The position numbers and the translations under genes were made by a program. Shown here piece by piece: positions 22,112-31,930 of a stretch of DNA of 64,000 bases. The stretch is from an uncultured Phycisphaerales bacterium. Its GTDB lineage: Bacteria; Planctomycetota; Phycisphaerae; Sedimentisphaerales; Anaerobacaceae. The first letter of the stretch is position 1; each line of letters starts with the position of its first letter. The stretch spans positions 239,229 through 303,228 of the forward strand of contig CAVYYI010000005.1 in the NCBI GenBank assembly GCA_963772725.1, in the 5' to 3' direction. Under the pieces are notes generated by a model that was not told the DNA's origin, ran no database searches, and saw nothing but the letters and a program-made list of their open reading frames with translations.

Positions 22112-23743
22112 CTATCGGATTTTCAACACAATAGCATGGTCACAGGGTTTCTTTCCCGGCATTTTCACTTTTAAACCTTCGTTATCGCGGTTAAATTCAA
22201 TCGGACCGTCATAGCCAAGCATCTGCACCGATTGAATCTTGGCGGGCAGTTTACTTTCAGCTAACGACCTGATTGTCACCGTGGTAAAGTTGCCGGGCCA
22301 ACCGAGCAGAATAGCATAGAGTGTATCGCCTTTAGTTGTAAACCGGATGTCCTCTGCGGTGTAGGACTTCTTTTGTTCGGCAGATTTGTTGTCTTTTATC
22401 TGTGTTGAACCTTCGCCGCAGACCGCAAAAGGACGTGTACCAAAGATGGCTTCTTTGTTAATTTGCATCCAGTCCCCAATAGCTGTTACAATTGCAATTT
22501 CATCTTCGTCGATAGTTCCATCGGCACGAACCGGAATACTCAGCAATAAATTGCCATTCTTGCTGACGATGTCCACAAGTTCTTTAATAATGGTGTCAGC
22601 AGAGGTATACTGATGATTTTCAAAAATACTTCGGTCATAATGCCAATGCCCGATACAAGTGTCGGTCTGCCATGGATTAGGAAGAAGCATATCGCTGCGC
22701 TTGCGTTCGATATCTAAGACTACCGCTTTTCTCCGGTCGTCCTCTACACCTTTGGTGGTGAGTACCACGTCAACCTTGCCGTTATTCCGCTTCACGCTGT
22801 CATTATAGAAATGGGCCGCAACCTTTAGACCGGCATCCTCCAATGGTAGGCCGATATTGTCAAAATAGAGCAGGTCGGGATGATACTTATTGATAAGGTC
22901 CACAGTCCGATTGTACCATTTGTCAACGTAAGCACGGTCATTGGGAGGTGAAGTGTTTTTCCATTTGGTCGCGGCATCCAGCCATTTTTTGTATTCCGCG
23001 GGGTCAGTGATACTCCTTGGGTCCACGGTGTGCAGACCGGTATAAAGGTCCTGCGGGTCATAGCCTTCCCACCACTTACCCTTGCCGTCAGCCTTGGTCA
23101 TCCAGCCATCATAAGGAATACCGGCTTTCGGACCCGTAACATCGTGGCCATAGGCTACATCCAGCCACCACCATGCATGGGAGGAATGATTGGAAACCCC
23201 GAACCGCAGACCCGCCGTCCGGGCAGCCTTGGCCCACATACCGACAATGTCTTTTTTAGGACCGATGTTCACTGAATTCCACGGTTGATACTTCGAGTCA
23301 TAGCAATCGAAGTTATCGTGATGATTTGCCAAGGCTACAAAATACTGAGCTCCGGCTCGTTTATACAGTGCGATTAATTTTTCAGGGTCGAACTTCTCAG
23401 CCTTCCAAGAGTTACATAAATCCTTATAGCCAAACTCAGAGGGATGGCCATAATGTGCGAGATGGTATTTATATTGTTCAGAGCCTTCCCGATACATGCG
23501 TTGGGCATACCAGTCTCCGGCTTCAGCCGCTCCTTGCGGCTCGCAATTCGCCCAAAGGCCGAATTTTGCGTCTCGAAACCAATCAGGACACTGATATTGC
23601 TTAAGGGATTCCCAGTCAGGTTTGAATGGCCCATCAGCGATTGGTTCCAGGGATGTGGAAGGTTCAATTGCATAAACCGTAAGAATTAGGAATATGCTCA
23701 GCAGTATAGCGATTATCATTTGATTGATTATTTTCTTTTTCAT
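22112..23743 (-). CDS. GH29 alpha-L-fucosidase
   Basis: [41 protein letters not shown]; signal peptide. Confidence 0.92.
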   Translation of the reverse strand: MKKKIINQMIIAILLSIFLILTVYAIEPSTSLEPIADGPFKPDWESLKQYQCPDWFRDAKFGLWANCEPQGAAEAGDWYAQRMYREGSEQYKYHLAHYGHPSEFGYKDLCNSWKAEKFDPEKLIALYKRAGAQYFVALANHHDNFDCYDSKYQPWNSVNIGPKKDIVGMWAKAARTAGLRFGVSNHSSHAWWWLDVAYGHDVTGPKAGIPYDGWMTKADGKGKWWEGYDPQDLYTGLHTVDPRSITDPAEYKKWLDAATKWKNTSPPNDRAYVDKWYNRTVDLINKYHPDLLYFDNIGLPLEDAGLKVAAHFYNDSVKRNNGKVDVVLTTKGVEDDRRKAVVLDIERKRSDMLLPNPWQTDTCIGHWHYDRSIFENHQYTSADTIIKELVDIVSKNGNLLLSIPVRADGTIDEDEIAIVTAIGDWMQINKEAIFGTRPFAVCGEGSTQIKDNKSAEQKKSYTAEDIRFTTKGDTLYAILLGWPGNFTTVTIRSLAESKLPAKIQSVQMLGYDGPIEFNRDNEGLKVKMPGKKPCDHAIVLKIR

Positions 23744-23790
23744 ATTTATTCCATCCTGAAATTTCTGTTCTATAGGAATTTACCTATATA

Positions 23791-25674
23791 CTAAGGCTCA
23801 ATTCTTTCCTGTTTAATGAGATTTAAAAGTTTTTCCAGATGCTTTTCATAAACACCTCTCGGGGTAGTATCATATTTTTTACAAAGATACGCTGCACGAC
23901 CTACAACTTCTCCCATCATTCCGCAGGTTTTCATAAGTCTCATAGGGCCGGTTCCTACATGAGTAACGCTTATATCCCGTCCTGCCATAAAAAGGTTCGC
24001 TATGTTTCTCGAATAAAAACATCTGTAGGGTATGGGATATGGCTTAACTTTTTGCCAAAAATATACGTTTTTTTTAGTTTCTTCTGCCGGGCCATAAAAT
24101 CTCCAAAAACATTTAACCATAAATTCTTTTCCGGGGAAGTATTTGGAATTATTGTTATCGGGATAGTGAAGCTCTATCGGCCAGGTGGTAGGCACGCAAC
24201 CGTCCGGATATATTTTCTCATTCATGTAATCCTGTTCTTTAAGGATGATGTCTCCCAAAAGCCGCCTGCTTTCCTGTTTTCCAAGAACATATCCAACCCA
24301 CGAGAGTTCCCGTTTCTCATATTTGGCCTTATCTCTGCTTTCGTTTACGAGAAATGACCAGTTGCCGTAAATTGCTCTGAAAAAGTGGTCGCGGATTTCT
24401 TCCGCCTGGTCGATTTGATTATAGACCCATCCGCCGACTTCCCATGTCCATTCCCCTCGTATAGTTTTCTGGCAGCTCTGTTCGTTGAAGTCAAGAGCCC
24501 ATGGGCATTTTGGAAAACTGACAGGTTCCTTTGTTTCGTCACTTCTCCATAGTATTGTGCAGCCCATAACATTTCCGTCCGCTACTTCCGGCATCAATGA
24601 TTCTTCGCCTGTCTCGGATTTGGATTCCCTTCCCATTCGATAATCTGCCCCGGCCAAATAACCTATTGTGCCGTCTCCTGTACAATCTGCGAACAAACTT
24701 GCGGGAAAACGAAGTTCTGTACTATTTTCGGTATGTTTTGCTATCACGGCGGTTATTTTATTACCATTTTTCTCTACCTTAAAAGCATGCATATTCAGAA
24801 ACAATTTCAGATTCTTCTCTGCTTTGGCTACCCAGAGCTTGCGAAGGTCCCCGTATGCCTCTGGGATATCCGCATTGGTCGGAATTTTAGAAGGCGGCAA
24901 ATCGGGAGGCTGAGAATCAAGCTCCATTACAACTCTGCCTAATTCTGGAAACGGCTCTTGAAACACTCCTCCAATTAAATGAACACGCACCTCTGAACTG
25001 TTATTTCCGCCTAAAACGGGCCTGTTCTGGATAAGAGCTGTTTTAAGTCCTAACCGTGAAGCGGTTATTGCCGTACATTCGCCGGCTAATCCGCCTCCAA
25101 CAACCACTAAATCAAATTGCCCCGCGTCAGGCGGTATTTGCGGAAGCCCCAATGCCTCTTTTCTGAATTCTGATAATTTGGAAATATCGCTTGGAGGATT
25201 GAAGTTTTTATCCCTGCTGAAAATAATCGCATCGAGTCTGCCATCAAAGCCTGTCATATCTTTTACAGAGAGTAAGACCGCATTGCTGCCAATATTCACT
25301 TCGCCGCCATAACTCCAGTGCCATTTCCCGTTGCCGTCTCCTCCAAAAACTTTGGTGACCGGTTCACCGTCTATAAACAGCATAAATTTACCCGGTCCAT
25401 TGGAATATGGGGCCCAGTCTTTGGTACGAACCCAAAGATGATATTTTCCCGTCTCCGGAAACTTTACCTGTGTTTCAGCATCCTGGACAGGCCTGCCGAG
25501 TCCGTGAGCTAAAAGATAAGGAGAGCCCATCTGGTCAATAAACTGCCCATCAGCTTTCCAGCCGCCTTTGTTATTAAAACCTTCCGCTTCAACAAATATC
25601 ACATTTTCGGAACCCAAAGATACCTGCATTTGGATTATAAACACGAACGATAAATATTTACATAATTTAGTCAT
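23791..25674 (-). CDS. Secreted FAD-dependent oxidoreductase
   Basis: VVVGGGLAG, RPVLGGNNSSEVR, DCTGDG, ESRRLLGD, IPYRC, NLFMAGR. AGGAGG SD before ATG 25674. Confidence 0.88.
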   Translation of the reverse strand: MTKLCKYLSFVFIIQMQVSLGSENVIFVEAEGFNNKGGWKADGQFIDQMGSPYLLAHGLGRPVQDAETQVKFPETGKYHLWVRTKDWAPYSNGPGKFMLFIDGEPVTKVFGGDGNGKWHWSYGGEVNIGSNAVLLSVKDMTGFDGRLDAIIFSRDKNFNPPSDISKLSEFRKEALGLPQIPPDAGQFDLVVVGGGLAGECTAITASRLGLKTALIQNRPVLGGNNSSEVRVHLIGGVFQEPFPELGRVVMELDSQPPDLPPSKIPTNADIPEAYGDLRKLWVAKAEKNLKLFLNMHAFKVEKNGNKITAVIAKHTENSTELRFPASLFADCTGDGTIGYLAGADYRMGRESKSETGEESLMPEVADGNVMGCTILWRSDETKEPVSFPKCPWALDFNEQSCQKTIRGEWTWEVGGWVYNQIDQAEEIRDHFFRAIYGNWSFLVNESRDKAKYEKRELSWVGYVLGKQESRRLLGDIILKEQDYMNEKIYPDGCVPTTWPIELHYPDNNNSKYFPGKEFMVKCFWRFYGPAEETKKNVYFWQKVKPYPIPYRCFYSRNIANLFMAGRDISVTHVGTGPMRLMKTCGMMGEVVGRAAYLCKKYDTTPRGVYEKHLEKLLNLIKQERIEP

Positions 25675-25764
25675 ACATAGCCTCCTTTTTTCCTGCAAAA
25701 AATAGCGTATAGAAATCATTATTTTATATTTGCCCGTATATAAGTTATTTTCATGATTAAAAAA

Positions 25765-25800
25765 ATGGCTAAGATTGACTAATCCATGCCAATTTTTGAC
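25765..25800 (-). promoter_or_regulatory. AraC-type operator/promoter, copy A
   Basis: Half-sites ATGGCTAAGATTGAC (25765) and ATGCCAATTTTTGAC (25786) 21 bp apart; -10-like TAACTT 17 bp downstream on the minus strand. Confidence 0.7.
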
Positions 25801-25822
25801 TTTTTTAAAAGTCCTGCTCACT

Positions 25823-26695
25823 TCAATGATTTGTACGCAAATTTTTGAATAATTGCGGTGAAATACCGAAGATTTTTTTGAACGTACGAGAAAAATGATA
25901 CTGGTCATCAAAACCAAGTTCAAAAGCTATTTCTTTTATAAGAATACCCGGCTGTTGAAGACGTTCAGCGGCAGCGGCCATTTTTAAGTACATCAAATAT
26001 TTATAGGGGCTTTGCGTATCAAACCGTTTAAATAATCTGCATAAATAAGTTTCATCAATCCTGCAGTAATCTGCAATACTTTTTAATGAATTTAATTCAA
26101 TAAATTTATCCTGAATACTTTGTCGGCAACTTTGATAAGTCGTAAATGACCCAAGCAATTTCGCTTCTGTCGTAACTTTTGTTTCAGCGATTCTATAAAA
26201 TAAATACTGGAACAGTATCGAGCAAACCATGGATTTGTATCGGCTTCCTGAAAGGCCATGGTTAATTATATCATCAAGGATTCTGGCAATTTCATCCGGC
26301 CTGCTTACAAGAACTACCGTTCCTGGAGTTGAGACATATTTCTTAAGTACGTGTTTGGCGGAATTCCCTATGAAATCGATGAAATATTTTGTCATTACGT
26401 GTCTTGGATCGGTTGTGATTATCTGGCTAATGTGCGGCCCATACGAAAAAACAGTTCCGGGAGTCAGAGTAAATGAATGACCGGCTAAAATCGTGGTACC
26501 TTCTCCCTTTGCTACAAATTCTATTGAATAATATGGGAAATCTTTTCTGTCTATCCTGAAATCAGAGCTTGTCTGTTCGCAACCGCCGCAGATAATTTTG
26601 ACTTCTGAACTTTTGCGAAAAGCCCCCTCAACATAAAATCGTCTGGCCTGAACCACCTGTTTGGAAAAAAAATCAGGTTCTTTTGTTAGTTTCAT
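25823..26695 (-). CDS. AraC family transcriptional regulator
   Basis: Cupin-like N-domain; YLCRLFKR, IKEIAFELGFDDQYHFSRTFKKIFGISP. Confidence 0.93.
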   Translation of the reverse strand: MKLTKEPDFFSKQVVQARRFYVEGAFRKSSEVKIICGGCEQTSSDFRIDRKDFPYYSIEFVAKGEGTTILAGHSFTLTPGTVFSYGPHISQIITTDPRHVMTKYFIDFIGNSAKHVLKKYVSTPGTVVLVSRPDEIARILDDIINHGLSGSRYKSMVCSILFQYLFYRIAETKVTTEAKLLGSFTTYQSCRQSIQDKFIELNSLKSIADYCRIDETYLCRLFKRFDTQSPYKYLMYLKMAAAAERLQQPGILIKEIAFELGFDDQYHFSRTFKKIFGISPQLFKNLRTNH

Positions 26696-26711
26696 TAGGG
26701 CACTCCCAAAA

Positions 26712-26747
26712 GTCAATAAATGACATGCCTTAGTCAATATTAGCCAT
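26712..26747 (+). promoter_or_regulatory. AraC-type operator/promoter, copy B
   Basis: GTCAATAAATGACAT (26712) and GTCAATATTAGCCAT (26733), 21-bp period, immediately upstream of and divergent from the AraC gene. Confidence 0.7.
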
Positions 26748-26860
26748 TTTTTAGCATTATACTTAAATTATAATACATTAGTCAATAAGATATAAAATCA
26801 ATTTTTCAGGCTGGCTCAAAAACGTATTACTGAATATGTATGTAATTTAAAAGGCGGATA

Positions 26861-27358
26861 AAATGCAATTCATGGAACGGCAATTTTCTCGCCGATATAG
26901 GCCCCGCGCCTGAGGGGACAATGCCAGATGAATTCTACAAACTCTGCGATAAACTTGCGAAATGGAACGCGCAGAATGGCATCTCGCTTAAAAACGTAAA
27001 AGGCGGCCCATGGCCGGAAAAGTCGAATACGCCTGTAACGATAAAGAGCGATACGTGGTATCTTTTTGGATTGCAGACGGAAAAGAGCAAGGTACAAAAC
27101 AGTGTCAAGGTATCTGCTTCGGCGGGCAAGGGCGGCATATAGAATCCTGAGGATGTTACTAAAAATTATGAAGAGGAAGTGGTCGATTACCCTGTCGAAA
27201 AAGTTTTTGAGCTTAAGGATGTAAAAAAACCTGCAGAGGTAAAACTTCTGCGAACCGGCGAAAAACTTGATTACACTTTTGAAAACGGCAATCTCAAAAT
27301 AGTCCTGCCGGTTGAAAAAGCGACAACTCTCGTTGATGTCGTTGCTGTTACGTGGTAA
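26861..27358 (+). pseudogene. C-terminal fragment of a GH29-like gene with an internal TAG
   Basis: Frame reads WNGNFLADIGPAPEGTMPDEF...GGI*NPEDV...VKLLRTGEKLDYTFENGNLKIVLP...DVVAVTW*. The N-terminal catalytic region is absent. Confidence 0.7.
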
Positions 27359-27428
27359 TTTTTTTATTCCGGCTCCTGGATTCTGTTAAAATATTGCAGA
27401 ATATCTGAGAAAAGATACAATTACGCTA

Positions 27429-29327
27429 ATGAGTAATATATTGGAACAGATAAACGGGCCGGAAGACCTCAAAAAGCTTACGGCGGCGGAGTTGAAAGAA
27501 CTGGCCGGCGAAATACGCCAGTTCATACTCGATTCAGTCAGCAGAACAGGCGGGCATCTGGCGAGCAATCTCGGCGTCGTGGAGTTGACGCTTGCGCTGC
27601 ATTACGTCTTCGATTTCCAAAATGACCGGCTGCTGTGGGATGTCGGTCATCAGTGTTATACGCACAAAATCATCACCAGCAGAAAAGAGCTGTTTCGCCG
27701 ACTGCGCCAGCCTGACGGCCTGAGCGGTTTTCCCAGTCCCGCGGAAAGCGTTTACGACTCCTTCTTCGTGGGCCACGCTGGAACTGCCGCGGCAACCGCC
27801 ATTGGAATGGCCCTCGGTAAAGCTCTCAAGCAGAAGAACAATAGAGTCGTTGCTGTCGTGGGCGACGCAAGTATCGTCAACGGCCTGTCGCTTGAGGCGT
27901 TAAACAATCTCGGTCTGGTGAAAAGGCAGCTCCTTATCATTCTCAACGACAATTCGATGGCGATTGACGCCACACAGGGCGCCGTAGCGAAATATTTTTC
28001 AAAGATGCGGCTGAGCCAGAAATACGAAGACTTGCGGGCAAGAACAAATAATCTTCTCGAACATCTGCCCCTGGGTAAAGGGATGGAAGATGCGATTGAA
28101 CGAATCAAAAAGACGATTCGTATGACAATACCTGGCAGCCAGATGTTCGAGGGTATGAACATACCGTATTTCGGCCCTGTGGACGGACACGATATTGAGT
28201 CTCTGATACAGGTCTTTTTGAGGCTGGAACGATTTAACCGGCCGGTGATTCTCCACGTCCATACTAAAAAAGGTGAGGGCTTTGCACCTGCGGGCCAAGA
28301 CCCGAGTAAATTTCACTCCACCGGACCTTTCGAGTTAAACGGCGACACAGGGGAATCGGACACAATACTTCCAGGCCAGAGCTTTACAAAAGTTTTCGGT
28401 GAACATCTCGTCAAACTCGCCGAACAGGACAGCGACATTGTAGCTATAACATCGGCGATGTGTGACGGAACTGGTTTGAGCGAATTTCGCGAAAAATTTC
28501 CAACAAGATTTTTCGATGTCGGCATCGCCGAGGAGGCGGCTGTTGATATCGCCGCCGGCTTGGCAAAGAGCGGATGTAAGCCGGTGGTCTGTATTTACTC
28601 CACTTTTTTACAGCGGAGTTTCGATGAGATATTCCAGGAGGTCGCCTTGCAGAATCTGCCGGTTGTGTTCTGTATCGATAGGGCGGGTTTTGTGGGTGCG
28701 GATGGTCCGACCCATCATGGACTGATGGATATCGGCTTTATGCGGATGATGCCCAATATGATTCTGATTTCCCCTGCCAACGATGTTGAAATGAAACTTG
28801 CCCTGGATTTTGCTTTCACCGCAAACAGGCCGGTCGTCATCAGGTATCCCAAAGATATTGCTGTTGCTACTGATAATGCTGATATTATCGGACAATGCAA
28901 TGTGCCGTTCGAACTGGGCAAATCCGTAACCGTTAAAAGCAGCCCCAATTCAAAAGTCTTCATAATCTCTTACGGCTCTGTCCTGACAGAGGCGGTTAAG
29001 GCAGCAAAACTTCTGAATCACGACGGAGTTGAGGCCGATGTGATTAACGCCCGGTTCGCCGAACCCATAGACGATAAGATAATATCCCTTGTCAGTTCCG
29101 GCAAAAATGCGATAATAATTGAAGACCACGCGACGGCGTGCGGGTTTGGTTCCGCGGTTCTTGAGGCCGCTGTTACTATGCCAAAATCGAAGCGTGGCGC
29201 GATAAGAATTATCGGCAGTCCGAAACAGTTTATCGGACATAATTCCCGCAAGGTGCAGCTTATGCAGATTGGTATAAACGCCGATAAGATAGCCAATACG
29301 GCAAAGGAATTGATTACTAATGGCTAA
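27429..29327 (+). CDS. dxs: 1-deoxy-D-xylulose-5-phosphate synthase
   Basis: GGHLASNLG, WDVGHQCY, VGHAGT, LNDNSM, DVGIAE, YSTFLQR, DGPTHHG, IRYPK. Confidence 0.97.
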   Translation: MSNILEQINGPEDLKKLTAAELKELAGEIRQFILDSVSRTGGHLASNLGVVELTLALHYVFDFQNDRLLWDVGHQCYTHKIITSRKELFRRLRQPDGLSGFPSPAESVYDSFFVGHAGTAAATAIGMALGKALKQKNNRVVAVVGDASIVNGLSLEALNNLGLVKRQLLIILNDNSMAIDATQGAVAKYFSKMRLSQKYEDLRARTNNLLEHLPLGKGMEDAIERIKKTIRMTIPGSQMFEGMNIPYFGPVDGHDIESLIQVFLRLERFNRPVILHVHTKKGEGFAPAGQDPSKFHSTGPFELNGDTGESDTILPGQSFTKVFGEHLVKLAEQDSDIVAITSAMCDGTGLSEFREKFPTRFFDVGIAEEAAVDIAAGLAKSGCKPVVCIYSTFLQRSFDEIFQEVALQNLPVVFCIDRAGFVGADGPTHHGLMDIGFMRMMPNMILISPANDVEMKLALDFAFTANRPVVIRYPKDIAVATDNADIIGQCNVPFELGKSVTVKSSPNSKVFIISYGSVLTEAVKAAKLLNHDGVEADVINARFAEPIDDKIISLVSSGKNAIIIEDHATACGFGSAVLEAAVTMPKSKRGAIRIIGSPKQFIGHNSRKVQLMQIGINADKIANTAKELITNG

Positions 29328-30183
29328 AAAACTGCCCAGTTTGGTAATTTTCGGTGACCCCAAAAAAGGTCACGTCAATGAGGCTGTCGCTTCCTTTACG
29401 GACTTCGTCAAAGATAAAGCTGAAATCCTCGCAAGTTATTGCGTCGATGAATGCACCGTTGATATTTTCGACAAGTGCAATTACGCCATAGTTTTCGGCG
29501 GCGACGGAACTATCATCTCAGCCGCTAGAAATCTCAAACAAAGCAGCGTCCCTGTCATTGGCGTCAACGTCGGCAAACTCGGTTTTCTCGCGGAATTCAG
29601 CCTCGCCGAGCTTAAGCAGTATTTCGATATTATCATCGCTGGCAAAGCACATATCGAAAAACGCATGATGCTCAACTGCCGCGTTTTCCGTGATGAAAAA
29701 GAACAGCTTAGTGTGGCAGCCATTAATGATGTTTTCTTCACCTCCGGGCCGCCTTTTCGGATGATAGAGCTGAAAATATGCGTTGACGGCCAGTCGCTGG
29801 CGGGCTGTGTCAGCGACGGACTGGTAATCGCTACACCGACCGGCTCAACGGCATATAATCTTTCCGCCGGCGGGCCTATTGTCTCCGGCAATATGGACGC
29901 TGTGGTAATAACACCGATATGCCCGCATTCATTGAGTTTCCGTCCGATAGTTATTAACGCCAGCAGCAGGATTGAGGTTGTTGGATTGCGGCTTAACGAA
30001 GGTACAACTGTCTCCATTGACGGCCAGGTCTCATGGAAACTCCAGCAGGGCGATATTGTCAGGGTTCAAAAAGAAAAAAGCGATTTCCTCCTTGTAAATA
30101 ACCCCCTGCGGACACAATGGGATACCCTCGCGACCAAATTAGGCTGGGCAGAAAAGTTCAGATACAACAAAGGCAACCTGTAA
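29320..30183 (+). CDS. nadK: NAD(+) kinase
   Basis: GGDGT, GKLGFL, IND, DGLVIATPTGSTAYNLSAGGP. Confidence 0.96.
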   Translation: MAKKLPSLVIFGDPKKGHVNEAVASFTDFVKDKAEILASYCVDECTVDIFDKCNYAIVFGGDGTIISAARNLKQSSVPVIGVNVGKLGFLAEFSLAELKQYFDIIIAGKAHIEKRMMLNCRVFRDEKEQLSVAAINDVFFTSGPPFRMIELKICVDGQSLAGCVSDGLVIATPTGSTAYNLSAGGPIVSGNMDAVVITPICPHSLSFRPIVINASSRIEVVGLRLNEGTTVSIDGQVSWKLQQGDIVRVQKEKSDFLLVNNPLRTQWDTLATKLGWAEKFRYNKGNL

Positions 30184-30257
30184 AACACACAAAAATTGTT
30201 CCCCCGCAAGTGTTTTTTTTTGAACGAAGCCCCTAAATGGGCGATATAATACTTAGT

Positions 30258-31868
30258 ATGAGGAGTAAAATAGAAAATTTTGTTGTGCCGCTGATGGTTT
30301 TGGCTGCGATATGTGAAATAAGCAGAGCCGCTAACCCTCCCGTTGCGGGCAGTCCTTTAGGCTCGGGTACGGTTCCTCCGACAACCTACCAGAGCGGTCT
30401 GATTCGCAGCCCTAACCCGATGAATCCCAGCAGGGGCAACCTTGATGTTACAGGCAATCTTCGCGGCAACAGTTATTTTCGCGGTGTTGTGCCTTACGGT
30501 TCTACTTACGATTTCGGGGCGGCAGCTGGCAGCTCATATTTGGATTCTTTTGTGAGAAGCTCTGCGGGGGCGGAAAGCTACACCGGATACAGCAGAAGAG
30601 GTATGCCTTATTACGGTTCAAATACAACCGCTGGGATAATACCCGGCACGCGCGGCGTGGTAATGCCGCCGGCAGTTAATCCGACTGGTTACGGGTATTC
30701 TATTTACAGTCAGCGTATTTTGCCAATGGTGGGTACGCAGTATTCGCAAACAACGACGGGACCGGAAGCTCCGTATTCATATTACGGCACGCCTGTTACA
30801 CCCACAACCGTAACTTCGGGTACCGTTGGCGCAAGGCCGATGTCTCCTTCGGCGCTGGAGCTGGAAAAGAAAATTTTCGGCAATTCTATCGTGCCGGCCG
30901 AGGGCGCGGCGAAATTCGCTCAGCAGCAGACAAATCCGGCAAACCCCGCCCAGCCTTTGCGGCAATACCCCGCCGAGAACAAACAAACAACACAAGAGAC
31001 TTCTCCGCAGATGCCGCAGAACCCGCTTCAATCGACGCTTGTCAATCCGACCGAAAAGCCGGTTCAAACAGCGGAGAGAAATACGACAACACTTATCGAT
31101 ACGCTTTCAAAGCCCGCCATTTCTTCACCTCAGGCAAAACTTGTTACCGCGGAAAAACCTGAACAGATGGATGTTTATGAGCAGATGAAAAAACAGGTTG
31201 AGGACTTCCAGAAGAGTTACAAAGAGCAGCAGGCTCTCGCGGCAAAGCAGAACAAGCCCGCCGCAGCGGAGAAACAGCCCGCCGAGGCTAACGCTGTTCC
31301 GGAAAAGGAACAAACCTCGCAGGAAAAACTTGCCGCTGTTATTCAGAACGCTGCTGAGGCAAAGGGCATTCTCGGAGAGTACAAGTCTTTCACCACGTAT
31401 TCACAGGACAGGTTTAATCAGTGCCTTAAAGCTGGCGAGGAAAATCTAAAGCAAAGCAAATACTATAAAGCCGCCGACGCCTACACACTGGCCGGCCTTT
31501 ACAAGCCCAACGACCCGCTGCCCAACGCCGGAAAGAGCTATGCCCTTTTCGCGGCAGGCGAATACCTCAGCAGTTCGCTGTATCTGTCAAGGGCGATTTA
31601 TATATTCCCTGAGTATGTGCTGATTAAAGTTGACCTCGCAAGTATGCTCGGCGGCAGGGACATCATCGAAAAACGGTTAGCTGATATCCAGAAGCTGATA
31701 GGTATGAGCGAAGCCCCTGAATTGGAGTTTTTAATCGGTTATATCTATTATCAGACGGGTCGCCTCGACCTTGCCAAAAAGAACGCCGACTCCGCCGCCG
31801 CAAAAATGCCCCAGTCTGCCCCCGCCCAGATAATGAAAAAAGCCATCGACGACGCCGCTGCAAAATAA
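30258..31868 (+). CDS. Secreted hypothetical protein with a low-complexity P/Q/T-rich linker and a C-terminal TPR-like domain
   Basis: Signal-like N-terminus; YYKAADAYTLA..PNDP, YALFAAGEYLSS. Confidence 0.7.
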   Translation: MRSKIENFVVPLMVLAAICEISRAANPPVAGSPLGSGTVPPTTYQSGLIRSPNPMNPSRGNLDVTGNLRGNSYFRGVVPYGSTYDFGAAAGSSYLDSFVRSSAGAESYTGYSRRGMPYYGSNTTAGIIPGTRGVVMPPAVNPTGYGYSIYSQRILPMVGTQYSQTTTGPEAPYSYYGTPVTPTTVTSGTVGARPMSPSALELEKKIFGNSIVPAEGAAKFAQQQTNPANPAQPLRQYPAENKQTTQETSPQMPQNPLQSTLVNPTEKPVQTAERNTTTLIDTLSKPAISSPQAKLVTAEKPEQMDVYEQMKKQVEDFQKSYKEQQALAAKQNKPAAAEKQPAEANAVPEKEQTSQEKLAAVIQNAAEAKGILGEYKSFTTYSQDRFNQCLKAGEENLKQSKYYKAADAYTLAGLYKPNDPLPNAGKSYALFAAGEYLSSSLYLSRAIYIFPEYVLIKVDLASMLGGRDIIEKRLADIQKLIGMSEAPELEFLIGYIYYQTGRLDLAKKNADSAAAKMPQSAPAQIMKKAIDDAAAK

Positions 31869-31930
31869 CCACACATAAGCCGCCAACTTTATGTTGGGGG
31901 TTACTCGCGGAGAATGTATAATGTGCGGCG

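Noticed and set aside
25675..25923. N-terminal extensions in the ORF track (FAD oxidoreductase; also 663..1184, 896..1270 and 17059..18153)
   Set aside because: They overlap other genes, a tRNA or promoters; better starts with SD or signal peptides lie downstream.
27140..27142. In-frame TAG in the GH29-like fragment as pyrrolysine or readthrough
   Set aside because: The gene already lacks its catalytic N-terminus and no pyl genes are seen; a nonsense mutation in a pseudogene is simpler.
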